This document shows, piece after piece, positions 27,570-38,190 of a stretch of DNA of 64,000 nucleotides. The translations under genes were made by a program, and so were the position numbers. Every line of letters starts with the position of its first letter. Position 1 is the first letter of the stretch. Where the stretch lies: the NCBI RefSeq assembly GCF_006345805.1, contig NC_042999.1, positions 172,174,001-172,238,000 on the forward strand, in the 5' to 3' direction. The DNA is from Octopus sinensis (Eukaryota). Below the pieces are notes generated by a model. That model was given only the letters and a program-made list of their open reading frames with translations, was not told the origin of the DNA and did no database searches.

Positions 27570-27725
27570 ATACTATAATCATAAATGATTATATATTGAA
27601 TTTTGAGATACTAGAATTGAATTTGGCGATACTAGTTGCGGATTCTAGCTCGCTCTGATACTGAGTTGAGTTGGTGCCTTCTAGTATCTCAAAATTCAAT
27701 ATATAATCATTTATGATTATAGTAT

Positions 27726-27825
27726 TCTACGCTGAAGAGAAAAGAAGTTTTGGTAAGGTAGAATTATTTAATATTTAATTCTTATGCTTTCCTAAAAACT
27801 TGATTTCGAAACGTGCGTCCGTAGA
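27726..27825 (+). ncRNA. Type I hammerhead ribozyme, copy 3 (predicted cleavage after C27819)
   Basis: TCTACG 27726-31, CTGAAGA 27732-38, stem II closed by G27739-C27807, GAAA 27808-11, C27812, loop GTGC, GTC 27817-19, CGTAGA 27820-25. Confidence 0.87.
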
Positions 27826-28054
27826 TAACTTAAAATTGTATGATAGATTGCCGTCAATTCATTCTCTCTTACCTGTTTGTGTCTGCCTTCCAATTGCTGT
27901 TTTTACTGAGATCTCCCTTTTTAGTAGAAGAAATAGCTATAACTCTTTGACTGCTATTTCTAAATTCGGTATGTGGTAAGGCAATTCGTTGCTAAACCCT
28001 TTATTGCTTAGTATATATATATATAATTTAGTGGTTTCGTCTCTAATAATATTT

Positions 28055-28091
<37 letters not shown>

Positions 28092-28233
28092 GTATATATA
28101 TGTATATATATATATATATATGAATGTATATGTATATATATATATGTATGTATATATATATATATGTATATGTCTGTATATACAGATATCAATATGTATG
28201 TATATGTCTGTATATATATATATCAATATATAT

Positions 28234-28296
<63 letters not shown>

Positions 28297-28338
28297 GTGT
28301 GTGCGTATGCACATACATACATCTATACACACATATAT
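28055..28338. repeat. (TA)n-rich microsatellite
   Basis: Direct reading. Confidence 0.92.
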
Positions 28339-28689
28339 AAGGTTAAATCTCAGAGGTTGTGTGATCTAATTTTAATAACAATTGTAAGTAAATTAATATT
28401 CTTAATTCTATTTAAATTTTTAAAATTCAAAGCAGAAAATCTTGCAATACTCACGGGCAGATAAAATAGACTAGTACATTGAGTCAGAAGTAATTTTATT
28501 CTGTGGTTGCAAAAAGTACAAACTTGTTCACATCTTATGAGCCATCGTGAGCGAAAACTAGACATGAGCCTGAATATCACCCTATGCTATAAACCAAATT
28601 TCTTCTAAATTCAATTAATCAACAAATATAGAATAGAAAAGAGTTTCCAGAGAAATTACACGCTACTTTCCTTCTGACCCGTGTGCCTC

Positions 28690-28907
<218 letters not shown>

Positions 28908-29236
28908 TACGAATTAATAAAACAATGTGTCTATGCACCGGCCACACTACTACATAGATATACAGGCATCAATGCATATACTCTTCGTATAATTATATCC
29001 AGACACACGCATTTATGAATTAAATCGGAGGGTGTAAAAAAATTGATTACAATGGGGTGAATAATAAAGTAATTCATCGTGACACTTTTAGATCAGTAGC
29101 GAAATAAGAAGGAAATAAAAGATATATAATTCTATAAATACGTACCGAAACGGAATCTATCATTCGTAAAGAAGTAAAATCGCCATTGAAATATTGAAGA
29201 AAATAGATACACGCATATAGGTACTCACAGAGGAGA

Positions 29237-29318
29237 TGAAAAGAAAAGAAAGAAAGAAAGAAAGAAGGAAAGAAAGAAAGAAAGAAAGAAAGAAAAAAGG
29301 AAAGATAGAAAGAAAGAA
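29237..29318. repeat. (GAAA)n microsatellite
   Basis: Direct reading. Confidence 0.92.
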
Positions 29319-29772
29319 ACAAGTTAGCTTGAATGTTATTGGAAATTTACTAGCCAAGAGATTAATATTTTCACGACCCTGTCAGCTGTGTTTGCTCACT
29401 GAAGCATAGATTTTCTTAACTGTGTCTTCATGATTAAGCGATAAATCGCCCCAGTAGGTTTTGCGATGGCACCATGTATCAGATAAATTTTGAGATTCTT
29501 TGCAGATGTTTCTCTTGCATATATTAAATACTAACTTTAACACTTGTCGCACAGCCATTAGAGAGCAGCTTGTTAGCTGAAGTTGGAAAGTTTGTAAATA
29601 AGTTGTAGCGTGATCTGTGTATGTGATACTTCATTTGTATTTTTATTGTCTGCCTGTCAGTATTTACCTTCCATTCCCCACCTCAATTGTTTCTCAACTA
29701 CCTCTCACATGTATTATATTTATATATGATTTCATGTAAAACACACGCACAAGTATATATATGTATATATAT

Positions 29773-30112
29773 GTGCAGGAGTGGCTGTGTGGCATAGGCG
29801 TAGGACTGGCTGTGTGGTAAGTAGCTTGCTTACCAACCACATGGTTCCGGTTTGAGTGGATTTGGTAGACGGAAACCGAAAGAAGCCTGTCGTATGTGTG
29901 TATATGCTTGTGTATATTCTGTGTTTGTCCCTCCAACTTCGTTTGACAACCGATGCTGGTGTGTTTACGTCCCCGTAACTTAGCGGTTCGGCAAAAGAGA
30001 CCGATAGAATAAGTATTAGTCTTACAAACAATAAGTCCTAGGGAAGATTTGCTCGACTAAAGGCGGTGTTCCAGCATGACCACAGTCAAATGACGGAAAC
30101 AAGTATAAGAGT
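29773..30112 (+). mobile_element. SINE family B copy with duplicated head and internal deletion
   Basis: The ggctgtgtgg head occurs twice; the ccggtt|tgagtggatttgg junction skips the middle of the consensus; the 3' half is complete. Confidence 0.88.
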
Positions 30113-30639
30113 ATATATATATATGTATACACACACACAGACACACACACACACACACACAAACACAGACAATGACAAAAGGATACACTATTCTCGCTGA
30201 CAATAGAACACACGATTAGCTTACAGCTGTTTCTTCTATTCATTGTAGAGGACTAATATTTGATGCTGGAGTAACACCTTATAGCTTCAATAGAACCTTG
30301 AATTTATGTATGTGTGTTTATGCGTGCGTCTATGTTTGTTTCTTTGTTACTTTGTGTGTGTGTGTGCGTGCATATGTGTGTGTATGTGTCTGTGTATGTG
30401 TGTTTGTGTTTGTGTATATATGTGTGTGTATGTCTGTGTGTGTGTGTGTGTGCTGGTAGTGGTCGTACAGGAATCTGAATATACTGTGGTAGGGGCAGAG
30501 AACGAAAGAAATCCTATTCAGAGAAATTAACCATATCCATTTTGTTTTTGCATTTTCTCTTCTTCAAAATGTGAAGTGAATGAAAAGAGCATGCATCTTA
30601 TTGCGTACAATTCTTTTATTATTATTTTTTATTATGGCA

Positions 30640-30800
30640 GCATCGTTTGTAGGGAAAGGAAAAGGCGTAGCGGCATTTCGTCCATCTTCACGCTGCGAGT
30701 TCAAATTCCTCCATGGTTAACTTTACCTTACATCCTTTCCTCCTTTCCGGGAATATGAAATAATTACCAACTAGTGTAGATGTAATCGAGTTAACCCCTT
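30640..30800 (+). mobile_element. SINE family A, highly degenerate copy
   Basis: ggcagcatcgtt...gagttcaaattcc...catcctttc...gatgtaatcgagtt. Confidence 0.55.
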
Positions 30801-30820
30801 TCCTGAACTTACTGGGATTA

Positions 30821-31230
30821 TACTCTTTACTCTTTTACTCTTTTACTTGTTTCAGTCATTTGACTGCGGCCATGCTGGAGCACCGCCTTTACTCGAGCAA
30901 CTCGACCCCGGGACTTATTCTTTGTAAGCCCAGTACTTATTCTATCGGTCTCTTTTGCCGAACCGCTAGGTGACAGGGACATAAACACACCAGCATCGGT
31001 TGTCAAGCAATGCCAGGGGAACAGACGCACAGACACACACAGATACACATACATACATATATATACATATATACGACGGGCTTCTTTCAGTTTCCGTCTA
31101 CCAAATCCACTCACAAGGCTTTGGTCGGCCCGAGGCTATAGTAGAAGACACTTACCCAAGGTGCCACGCAGTGGGACTGAACCCGGAACCATGTGGTTTG
31201 TAAACAAGCTACTTACCACACAGCCACTCC
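30821..31230 (-). mobile_element. SINE family B, full-length copy
   Basis: The minus strand has a tRNA-like head (ggagtggctgtgtggtaagtagc...gggttcagtcccactgcgtggcaccttggg), a central (TG)/(TA) linker, the 3' domain and an (AAAAGAGT)n tail. Confidence 0.92.
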
Positions 31231-31311
31231 TTATATTATATGTAACATTTTAAAATTGGATAAAATAACAAAATAGAACGTGAAACTCAGTCTTTCCTGA
31301 AATTTCATTCA

Positions 31312-31359
<48 letters not shown>

Positions 31360-31609
31360 CAATCACACATAAATGCATACATACATACATACATACACAT
31401 AGGTGTGTGTGTGTGATTGTGTGTTATTGTATGACTATGAGTGTGTGCGTGTGTGTGGGAGTGTGTTTGTATGAGTGTACATTATACTATGCCCAGCGTG
31501 CGATAGGCAAATTGTCGCCATATCATATTTTTAATTTCGCACATGCGCATTTGCTTGTTTTTTTTTTATTTTGTCGATTACACAGTATAGTCGGGTTAGT
31601 TGAACACCA

Positions 31610-32095
31610 TTTGTGAGAACAATAGCGCTATAACGCAATTCAGTCCGCTGGAAATTTGGAAACGACATGCCATACAGGTTGGCATTCGCCTCGGATACTC
31701 CAGTACGAATACACGGAATAACCGTTGACTTGCCGTGATCCCAAATCATGTACCGGGAGTGATAAAAATCAAACATCCAGTCAACGTCATGTTGTTTGGA
31801 GTGATCACTAGCGACGGCAACGTTATGCCTACTCCCCACACAGTTTCAAACTTAACACGGAAGCTTACATCAAGTGCCTGGAGGTCGTAGTGCTGTCCTG
31901 AGTCAAGTGTGTGACTGCTGGAAAATTATGTCTGGCAACAGGACTCTGCACCATACTACAGAAGCAGGAGAACCCAGTCATGACTGTCAGATAAATTCTG
32001 CGACCACACTAACCCTTACATCTGGCCACCTAACTCCCCAGACTGCAGTTATTATATGTGGGGCGCAGTTGAGAGAGACACCAACAAATCTCGTT
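31610..32095 (+). mobile_element. Internally deleted DD37D/maT-like transposase remnant
   Basis: Translates to KHPVNVMLFGVITSDGNVMP, WQQDSAP and IWPPNSPD...YMWGAVERDTNK; the N-terminal piece is joined directly to the catalytic region. Confidence 0.8.
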
Positions 32096-32654
32096 AAGGC
32101 ACATAAGGGTATATAAGTGCTACGGAAGAACCGCTGTTAGACTCCAGGTTCGATAATAGTATGAGTGAGGATTCTAACGAGGGTCGTGTGTTAGCGTGTA
32201 CAGGGTAAGTTAAATGTGACAACAAACCCAAGGCAGTGTGAAATTTCTGGGACATTTTATAAAGTGCAGACTTACAGGGATGTAAAAGATATCCCATCAT
32301 TTTGTATAACCTGTGTGTATATGTATATAATTATAAGCATGATTAAAATCAGGGTTCAACTAATTGCTTCGCTACACACTGAATTGATAAAAAGCAGTTA
32401 AAATACTTTTCCGCTACCATAAATATCTTCCAGACAGCAACACATTTTTTTTACGTAGGCAGAGAGAAAAAATAACGACTCCACACGACATAGATTAGCT
32501 ACATACGCATTTCAGGATTAAAGTAATATTATATTTACTCACTTATTTCACCTCATCAGTGCAGCCTTTCGAATATAGATTTTAAATTTGTACATGCATA
32601 TATACATATATGTGTGTGTGTGTGTGTCGCATTTTAACTTATATATATATATTC

Positions 32655-32905
32655 TTTTATCGTTTTACCTATTTCAGTCATTTGATTGCATCCATGTTGG
32701 AGCAACACTCTTAGTCGAGCAAATATATATATATATATATACGACGTGCTTTTTTCAACTTTCATCAACCCAATCCAGGGGATTGTGTTCATGAAAGCTG
32801 AGGCTATAATAGAAGACCCCTGTCAAAGGTGCCACTCAGTAGGACTGAACCCGGAAAAATATTGTTGAGAAGCAGAGCTTCTCACCATATAACCACTCCT
32901 GTGCC
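32655..32905 (-). mobile_element. SINE family B, degenerate, internally deleted
   Basis: tttcagtcatttgattgcatccatgttggagcaacac...gaggctataatagaagac...ggactgaacccgg...accactcctg. Confidence 0.8.
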
Positions 32906-33038
32906 TATGCACATAACATACTGCATCTGTCCAGCCTTTGATACTATGTACGCAAATAATTATTTGCTTGTTATTTTTTTCTATTTCCTGACCACAATAA
33001 TTTTTCATTTTTCATTTACTTATTTGTTTCGAAATATA

Positions 33039-33896
33039 CTAGGTGCTACCGAGATAAAACCGGAATTTTGCAATATTATTTTATTCGATTACTTTTACAT
33101 GTTTGCAGATTTATCATCTTCAAAGTATTCTCCATCTGAAGCAATGTATTGGTCTAGGCGCATTTTCCACTTTTCGAAGCAGTGCTAAAAATCATTCGAA
33201 GTGATGCATTTTACGCCTCCATCTTTTTTTCTTCACCATTTCCACATCTGCAAATTCCGTAACTTTCGTCACTATTGATAAACTTCTGAAAAAGCTGCGG
33301 ATCAACTTCTAAGTTTTCTTGAAGTTCACAACACTCATTCAATCATAACTGCTTTTGATCTTGCGTGAGCAAGCAAGAAACAGTTTTCATTCGAAATTCC
33401 TCCCAGAAAATTCGTTGCCAGGATCCCGAGGATACAAAGCTATATTGATAGGTTCGTCAATTGTTCGATGACCGCCCTCCAAGATCAGTCCACGCATTTT
33501 CATGATGTTTTCATTCGTTCGAGAGGTCGACAGTCGTTTTGAATGAGGTTAGTCTTCAAGCCACAAGAAACCATTCCTAATGCATGGAAAACCACTCGTA
33601 AAGTTCTGTTTTGCTCATAACAGCGTCCTTAAATTCTGTTGGAAGCACGAGATATTTCGGCCGCCGAATTTCACGGTAGCACTCTGCTTCTTCGTTTCAT
33701 CCATTGCAATAATCGACAAACAGGAGAGGAGCACTGGAAAACACAGAAGCACCACGGGCTTGTACGACTTCACCTGATGATGCCGCTCGGTAGTCTAATG
33801 CCTGAGATTGGCAGAAAGTGGTTTCTAGTGTCGAAAGCCTGAACTACAACTGTTTTGACCCACAAAGAATGTTTCCAGTTACTTTGGGTATATCCG
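33039..33896 (-). mobile_element. Internally deleted mariner element
   Basis: The minus strand encodes MSKTELYEWF, FINSDES and a terminal DQYIASDGEYFEDDK. Divergent TIRs (CTAGGTGCTACCGAGATAAAACCGGAAT / CGGATATACCCAAAGTAACTGGAAAC) with TA on both sides. Confidence 0.8.
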
Positions 33897-33901
33897 TACA
33901 C

Positions 33902-33972
<71 letters not shown>

Positions 33973-34036
33973 TATAAAGAGAGAGAGAGGACTTAGTTAT
34001 TTATATACATATAAATGTAGGTATATATGTATTATG

Positions 34037-34228
34037 TAGGGAGAGTTTACGAAAAAACAAAAGACGAAGACAGGTGGTGTACAAAACAAACAGATGAATT
34101 AGTATAACGCTCAGGAATAGAAAAAGTCTTTTACGTTTCGAGCCTACGCTCTTCTACAGAAAGGGACACAGAAAAAACAAGGAGCGAAACAAGGAGAGAA
34201 AAAATGTGTGTAGTGGCTAGCGATCTAT
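34037..34228 (-). mobile_element. Penelope-like terminal fragment carrying a minimal hammerhead motif
   Basis: Same family as 11779-11935 and 53953-53997; adjacent to (TA)n; hammerhead-like motif at 34128-34163. Confidence 0.65.
34128..34163 (-). ncRNA. Minimal (36-nt) type I hammerhead-like motif with variant core
   Basis: CUUU-CUGUAGAA-GAGC-GUAG-GCUC-GAAA-C-GUA-AAAG. Stems I and II pair and stem III is the palindrome ACGU, but core A6 is U and an extra A follows A9. Confidence 0.55.
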
Positions 34229-34384
34229 ATGCAAATGTGTGTATGTGTGTGTATGTGCATGTACGCACATAATAGTGTGTTTATGTATACATACATGCAT
34301 ACATACATGTATTGTAGTGTGTACGATATATTTTATAATCCTCTTTACTAAACTTTGTAATAATATTTTGTATGATATCTTTTT

Positions 34385-36929
34385 TTTAACAGAGAAACTT
34401 TGGGTTGGTGTTCCTTCCATGATATTCTTAAAATCCATCAATGCGCCTTCATTTCAAAGCCTTGTAACGTATTTGAGATCTTATTGTTAATTTTCATGTT
34501 TCAGAACCATATAGTGCAATCAACAAAACATAATATTTTAAATATCATTTTCCTGATTTCATTATTAATTCTTTTTGATACTATTATAATTGAGAATTTC
34601 GGTTTTTATTTTGCCATCTCATCCCATCAAGTCTTTTCTTATTCCCGTCACGATTTTTTTACCTCAAATATTCTAAAAATGAATGTTATTTGTGCTGTCT
34701 TTTCATTTGCCCTTCCCTTAAATATAACATTAGCTCTTAATAACTGTCATAGTCTTGCCATTGCCATTCATTCTGATCTCCTCACATTTCCATTCCACAT
34801 GACCTTTATTGTTTCTATCACGCTTCTATCAACAATATATTTCTACGTCAACTGTTATTCATAGCTCTTTTTAATATTACTGGCGTGTCTCTTGATTTTC
34901 ACAATATTTATTTAGTGTATATACTACCGACGCCTCTGCTTTAGTGTACAGCCTTGTCTGACACTTCACTAAATTTGAAATCCTTACTTTTGTAGTCTTT
35001 CAGTTCTAAATGCTGCTTTTTTTCCATATTTGTTTTCATGTGGAAACCGCAATCATTTTCTTATTATATCCAAAGATCAGTTGTCAGTTCATCACATTTA
35101 TGCATTCACGTATGACATTTGCCATGATTTAGGTATAACTTGTGTAATCATTTTTTGTATGCCTAAATTATTTTGCTATGATTTAGATTAGTTATTCTAT
35201 CATGGTTCCCTATTCCTTGTCCAAAACCCTTTTTCCAGTTGACTTATTTCTTCACTTATTCTTGGTGCTATTCATTGTTGAACGATTTTTAATAGTAGTT
35301 TAGTCATGATTCATAAAGCTTGTGGATCTAAATTCTACACGCTTCAGCTTTGATGCCTCTGTTAATGGAACAAACACATTGTTTCATTTCGTGTCAGATT
35401 TGCTCACTTTATATAATTTATAAATTTGTTATTGGATATTGGATATAGAATATAGGATATAGGATATGGATAGTGATTATCCAATAGTTTTAATTCTTCA
35501 TCTGGTATTTCATCTCCGTCATATGACTTCCTCTCTTTCATTGAATTTATGCAGTTCTTCATTTCTGCTCTTATGATTTTGTTCTTATTAACAGCTTCGA
35601 AATTTGGTATAGGCAATCTGTCCTCCTCGTCATATGGTTAGCGAAAGGTATCAAACTATCTAAATGCAGTCTGTTCATAATAAAATAGTATTTTTTTTCT
35701 ATTTTGGTCATTAATGTCAACCCTATTATTTACTACATAATTTTTTGCTTTCTCCTTTCATGTTTTATGGTGTATTCCTTTGGCTTCCGCTTCTTCCTTT
35801 TAGGGTGTATCATGCGTCCCTGATCTAGTCATCTAGGTTTTGAAAGTCAATAGTTGAAATGTATCGGAGGCGTGATATATATAGTTTTTAATGCTACAGA
35901 TAGTAATTCATGGATGTCAGTTGCCTTTCTGTATTTCATTGATTTTATTTCGTTTCCATTTCTTGGTTTAAGTTTATCTGTCCATTAAGCAACATCGAAA
36001 TTGGGTGGAGTCTCTCTGTCTACATCTTCGTGGAGATTTTTAATGTACTTAACCCTCCTTGATACAACACACTTATCTTAATATCAACAGATTGTGTACT
36101 CTTGCTTTACTGTTTAGATTTATGCAGTTTATGGTTTCAGGTACATGACACTGATCATCGGGCGGTCTGAAGTTTTTGTTTTTGTTTTATTTAGTTCTAC
36201 ATCCTGAACAGATCTGGTTATTTAATTTTTATATTTATGTTGATAAACATTCTTGTATAACCCATTCCCTTTCACATAGTATATTTTTCAGAAATGTATA
36301 TATCCATATTCTTTTTCTTATTTTTTATTCTATTTTCTTATTTTTTTGATATGTGCTTCAATCCATTACTATTCGTACTCTTTGCATTTACACTTTATAT
36401 TTCATAGGCAACTATTTCTGTGGTAGAAAGTTCAAGTCTTATTCTTTTCATGTACTTTTTTTCTCATTTCCTTTCCTTACATTTGGTTTGTAATTTGACG
36501 TGCATTGGATTATGGTCTGAGACGCTATTTACCTCGGGATACGGTTTTGAAATGTTCGCACTTTCTAAGTGATTGCTTTATCTGTCTATAGATTATCAGA
36601 TATTTCCTTACTACACCTGAACTCATCCAAATTTGTAATTTGTAGGATGGTTTCTTGAGTAGAGTGTTTGTGGATACTAAATTGATTATTTGATACACAT
36701 CGATCATACGGAGAACTTTTTTCTTTTCTTTAACTAGGCTGTATTAACAACTTGTATTTACTCATTTTGTTTCCCAACAAAACGTTTTGTAGGTTCTTCA
36801 CCAGCGCTGGATCTTTTTCTAAATTTTCAATTGATTTCTATGACTTTCATGTATCTAAATTCCTCGTTTCATTTTGTTCATTTACGGAAGCATATATCTA
36901 GATGATATTTATAGTTAAAATTATTTCCT

Positions 36930-37011
<82 letters not shown>

Positions 37012-37194
37012 GTATGTATATATGTATGTATGTATATATACATATACATATATAGATAGATACATATATAAATATATATATATATATGTATGTGTATATA
37101 TATATATATGTACGTATGTATATGTATGTATGTATATATATATATATACATATACATATATAGATAGATACATATATAAATATATATATATATG

Positions 37195-37240
<46 letters not shown>

Positions 37241-37420
37241 ATATACACACACATTATGTATGCATATGTATGCTTCAAGAGTTCTTTCATCATCAATCTA
37301 ATTTTCTTGCCCAGCCGAAATATTGGTTATGTACGCATGAATATCTGTGCAGCTTGGTGTCCAAATATATGTAGGATAACAACGAGTTACTTTCAAATAT
37401 GCATTTGAATACTGATTATT
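34385..37420 (-). mobile_element. Decayed RTE-clade LINE (endonuclease plus RT), split by a microsatellite
   Basis: Minus-strand remnants: DHNP (about 36510), IINLVSTNTLLKKPSYKLQIWMSSG (endonuclease), EMKNCINSMKERKSYDGDEIP, VRQGCTL (about 34950), ALYGSET...GFEMK...ILRISWKE (about 34400-34520). Many stops and frameshifts. Confidence 0.8.
36931..37265. repeat. (TA)/(TATG) microsatellite within the RTE remnant
   Basis: Direct reading; contains a repeated catatacatatatagatagatacatatataaatatata block. Confidence 0.92.
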
Positions 37421-37699
37421 ACCAAAGCATTTTTCATATATACGATATTATGTATTTATAAATAGAATGAGAGATTACTAAAATGAAACAGTATTTCAGT
37501 GAAATATTTTAACACTCACCCACCTTTTGAACATTGTTTACCATTGTTTGATTGGCTTCTTTAGGTTCAAATAACATTGAAGTTTTATCAGCTTGACAGT
37601 GTTATTCATAACGTTATACATGGGATTATTTTGCGTTACTAAAATTTCTAAATTTAATTTTTCCCTGTAAGTTAGGAATAATATTCCATCAAATTATAT

Positions 37700-37735
<36 letters not shown>

Positions 37736-37739
37736 GTAT

Positions 37740-37872
37740 ATTTTCTACGGAATTCTTTCAGTTTCAGTCTACTAAATCCACTCATAAGGGTTGGAATTCC
37801 GCTTTGGACAGCCCGAAGCAATAATAAAAGATACTTGCCCAAGTTGCCACACAGTGCGACTGAACCCGGAAC
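37740..37872 (-). mobile_element. SINE family B 5'-part fragment, truncated by the adjacent SINE
   Basis: ttctttcagtttcagtctactaaatccactcataagg...gttgccacacagtgcgactgaacccggaac. Confidence 0.8.
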
Positions 37873-37940
37873 GCATATGGCGTAGTGGTTAAGCGCACAG
37901 GCTACTAACCCATGATTCCGAGTTCGATTCCAGGCAGTGT

Positions 37941-38038
<98 letters not shown>

Positions 38039-38190
38039 CAACAACAATATCGAAAAATCCCTTAGGAAGAGAACCCAGGTTCGAAATTTCCCCAAAACAC
38101 CTGATGAAGTCTGGAGGGTATGTCAGCGAAAACGTTGTGTTAACAACAAACAAAATGAGGGCAAATATCCGTCAAATGTAAATAATGTAA
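37873..38190 (+). mobile_element. tRNA-derived SINE (family C) with (AAT)n linker and hammerhead-like tail
   Basis: A box TGGCGTAGTGG 37878-37888, B box GTTCGATTCC 37922-37931, (AAT)n(AAC)n 37945-38047, then cacctgatgaag...gaaaacgttgtgtt. Confidence 0.8.

Larger units (their letters stand above)
26590..28014 (-). mobile_element. Hammerhead-bearing repeat cluster (Penelope pLTR / retrozyme-like): full unit, truncated direct copy and inverted copy
   Basis: Unit 1 spans 26590-27181. The direct copy spans 27182-27616 (offset 593; I saw one 1-nt indel and one substitution). The inverted copy 27621-28014 is the reverse complement of 26688-27081. Flanked by (TA)n on both sides; no ORF. Confidence 0.88.

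Noticed and set aside
34400-34864. 154-aa hydrophobic plus-strand ORF
   Set aside because: It is antisense to the RTE reverse transcriptase remnant.
36898-37408. Long ORFs of up to 168 aa here, and similar ones at 28008-28369, 17592-17912, 1765-2289, 37889-38181 and 56906-57118
   Set aside because: They are read-through of stop-free microsatellites (YI, CV, SL and poly-N/T repeats), not genes.
37873-37945. Possible tRNA gene
   Set aside because: A and B boxes are present, but there is no closing acceptor stem and it runs into a repeat body, so it is a SINE head.
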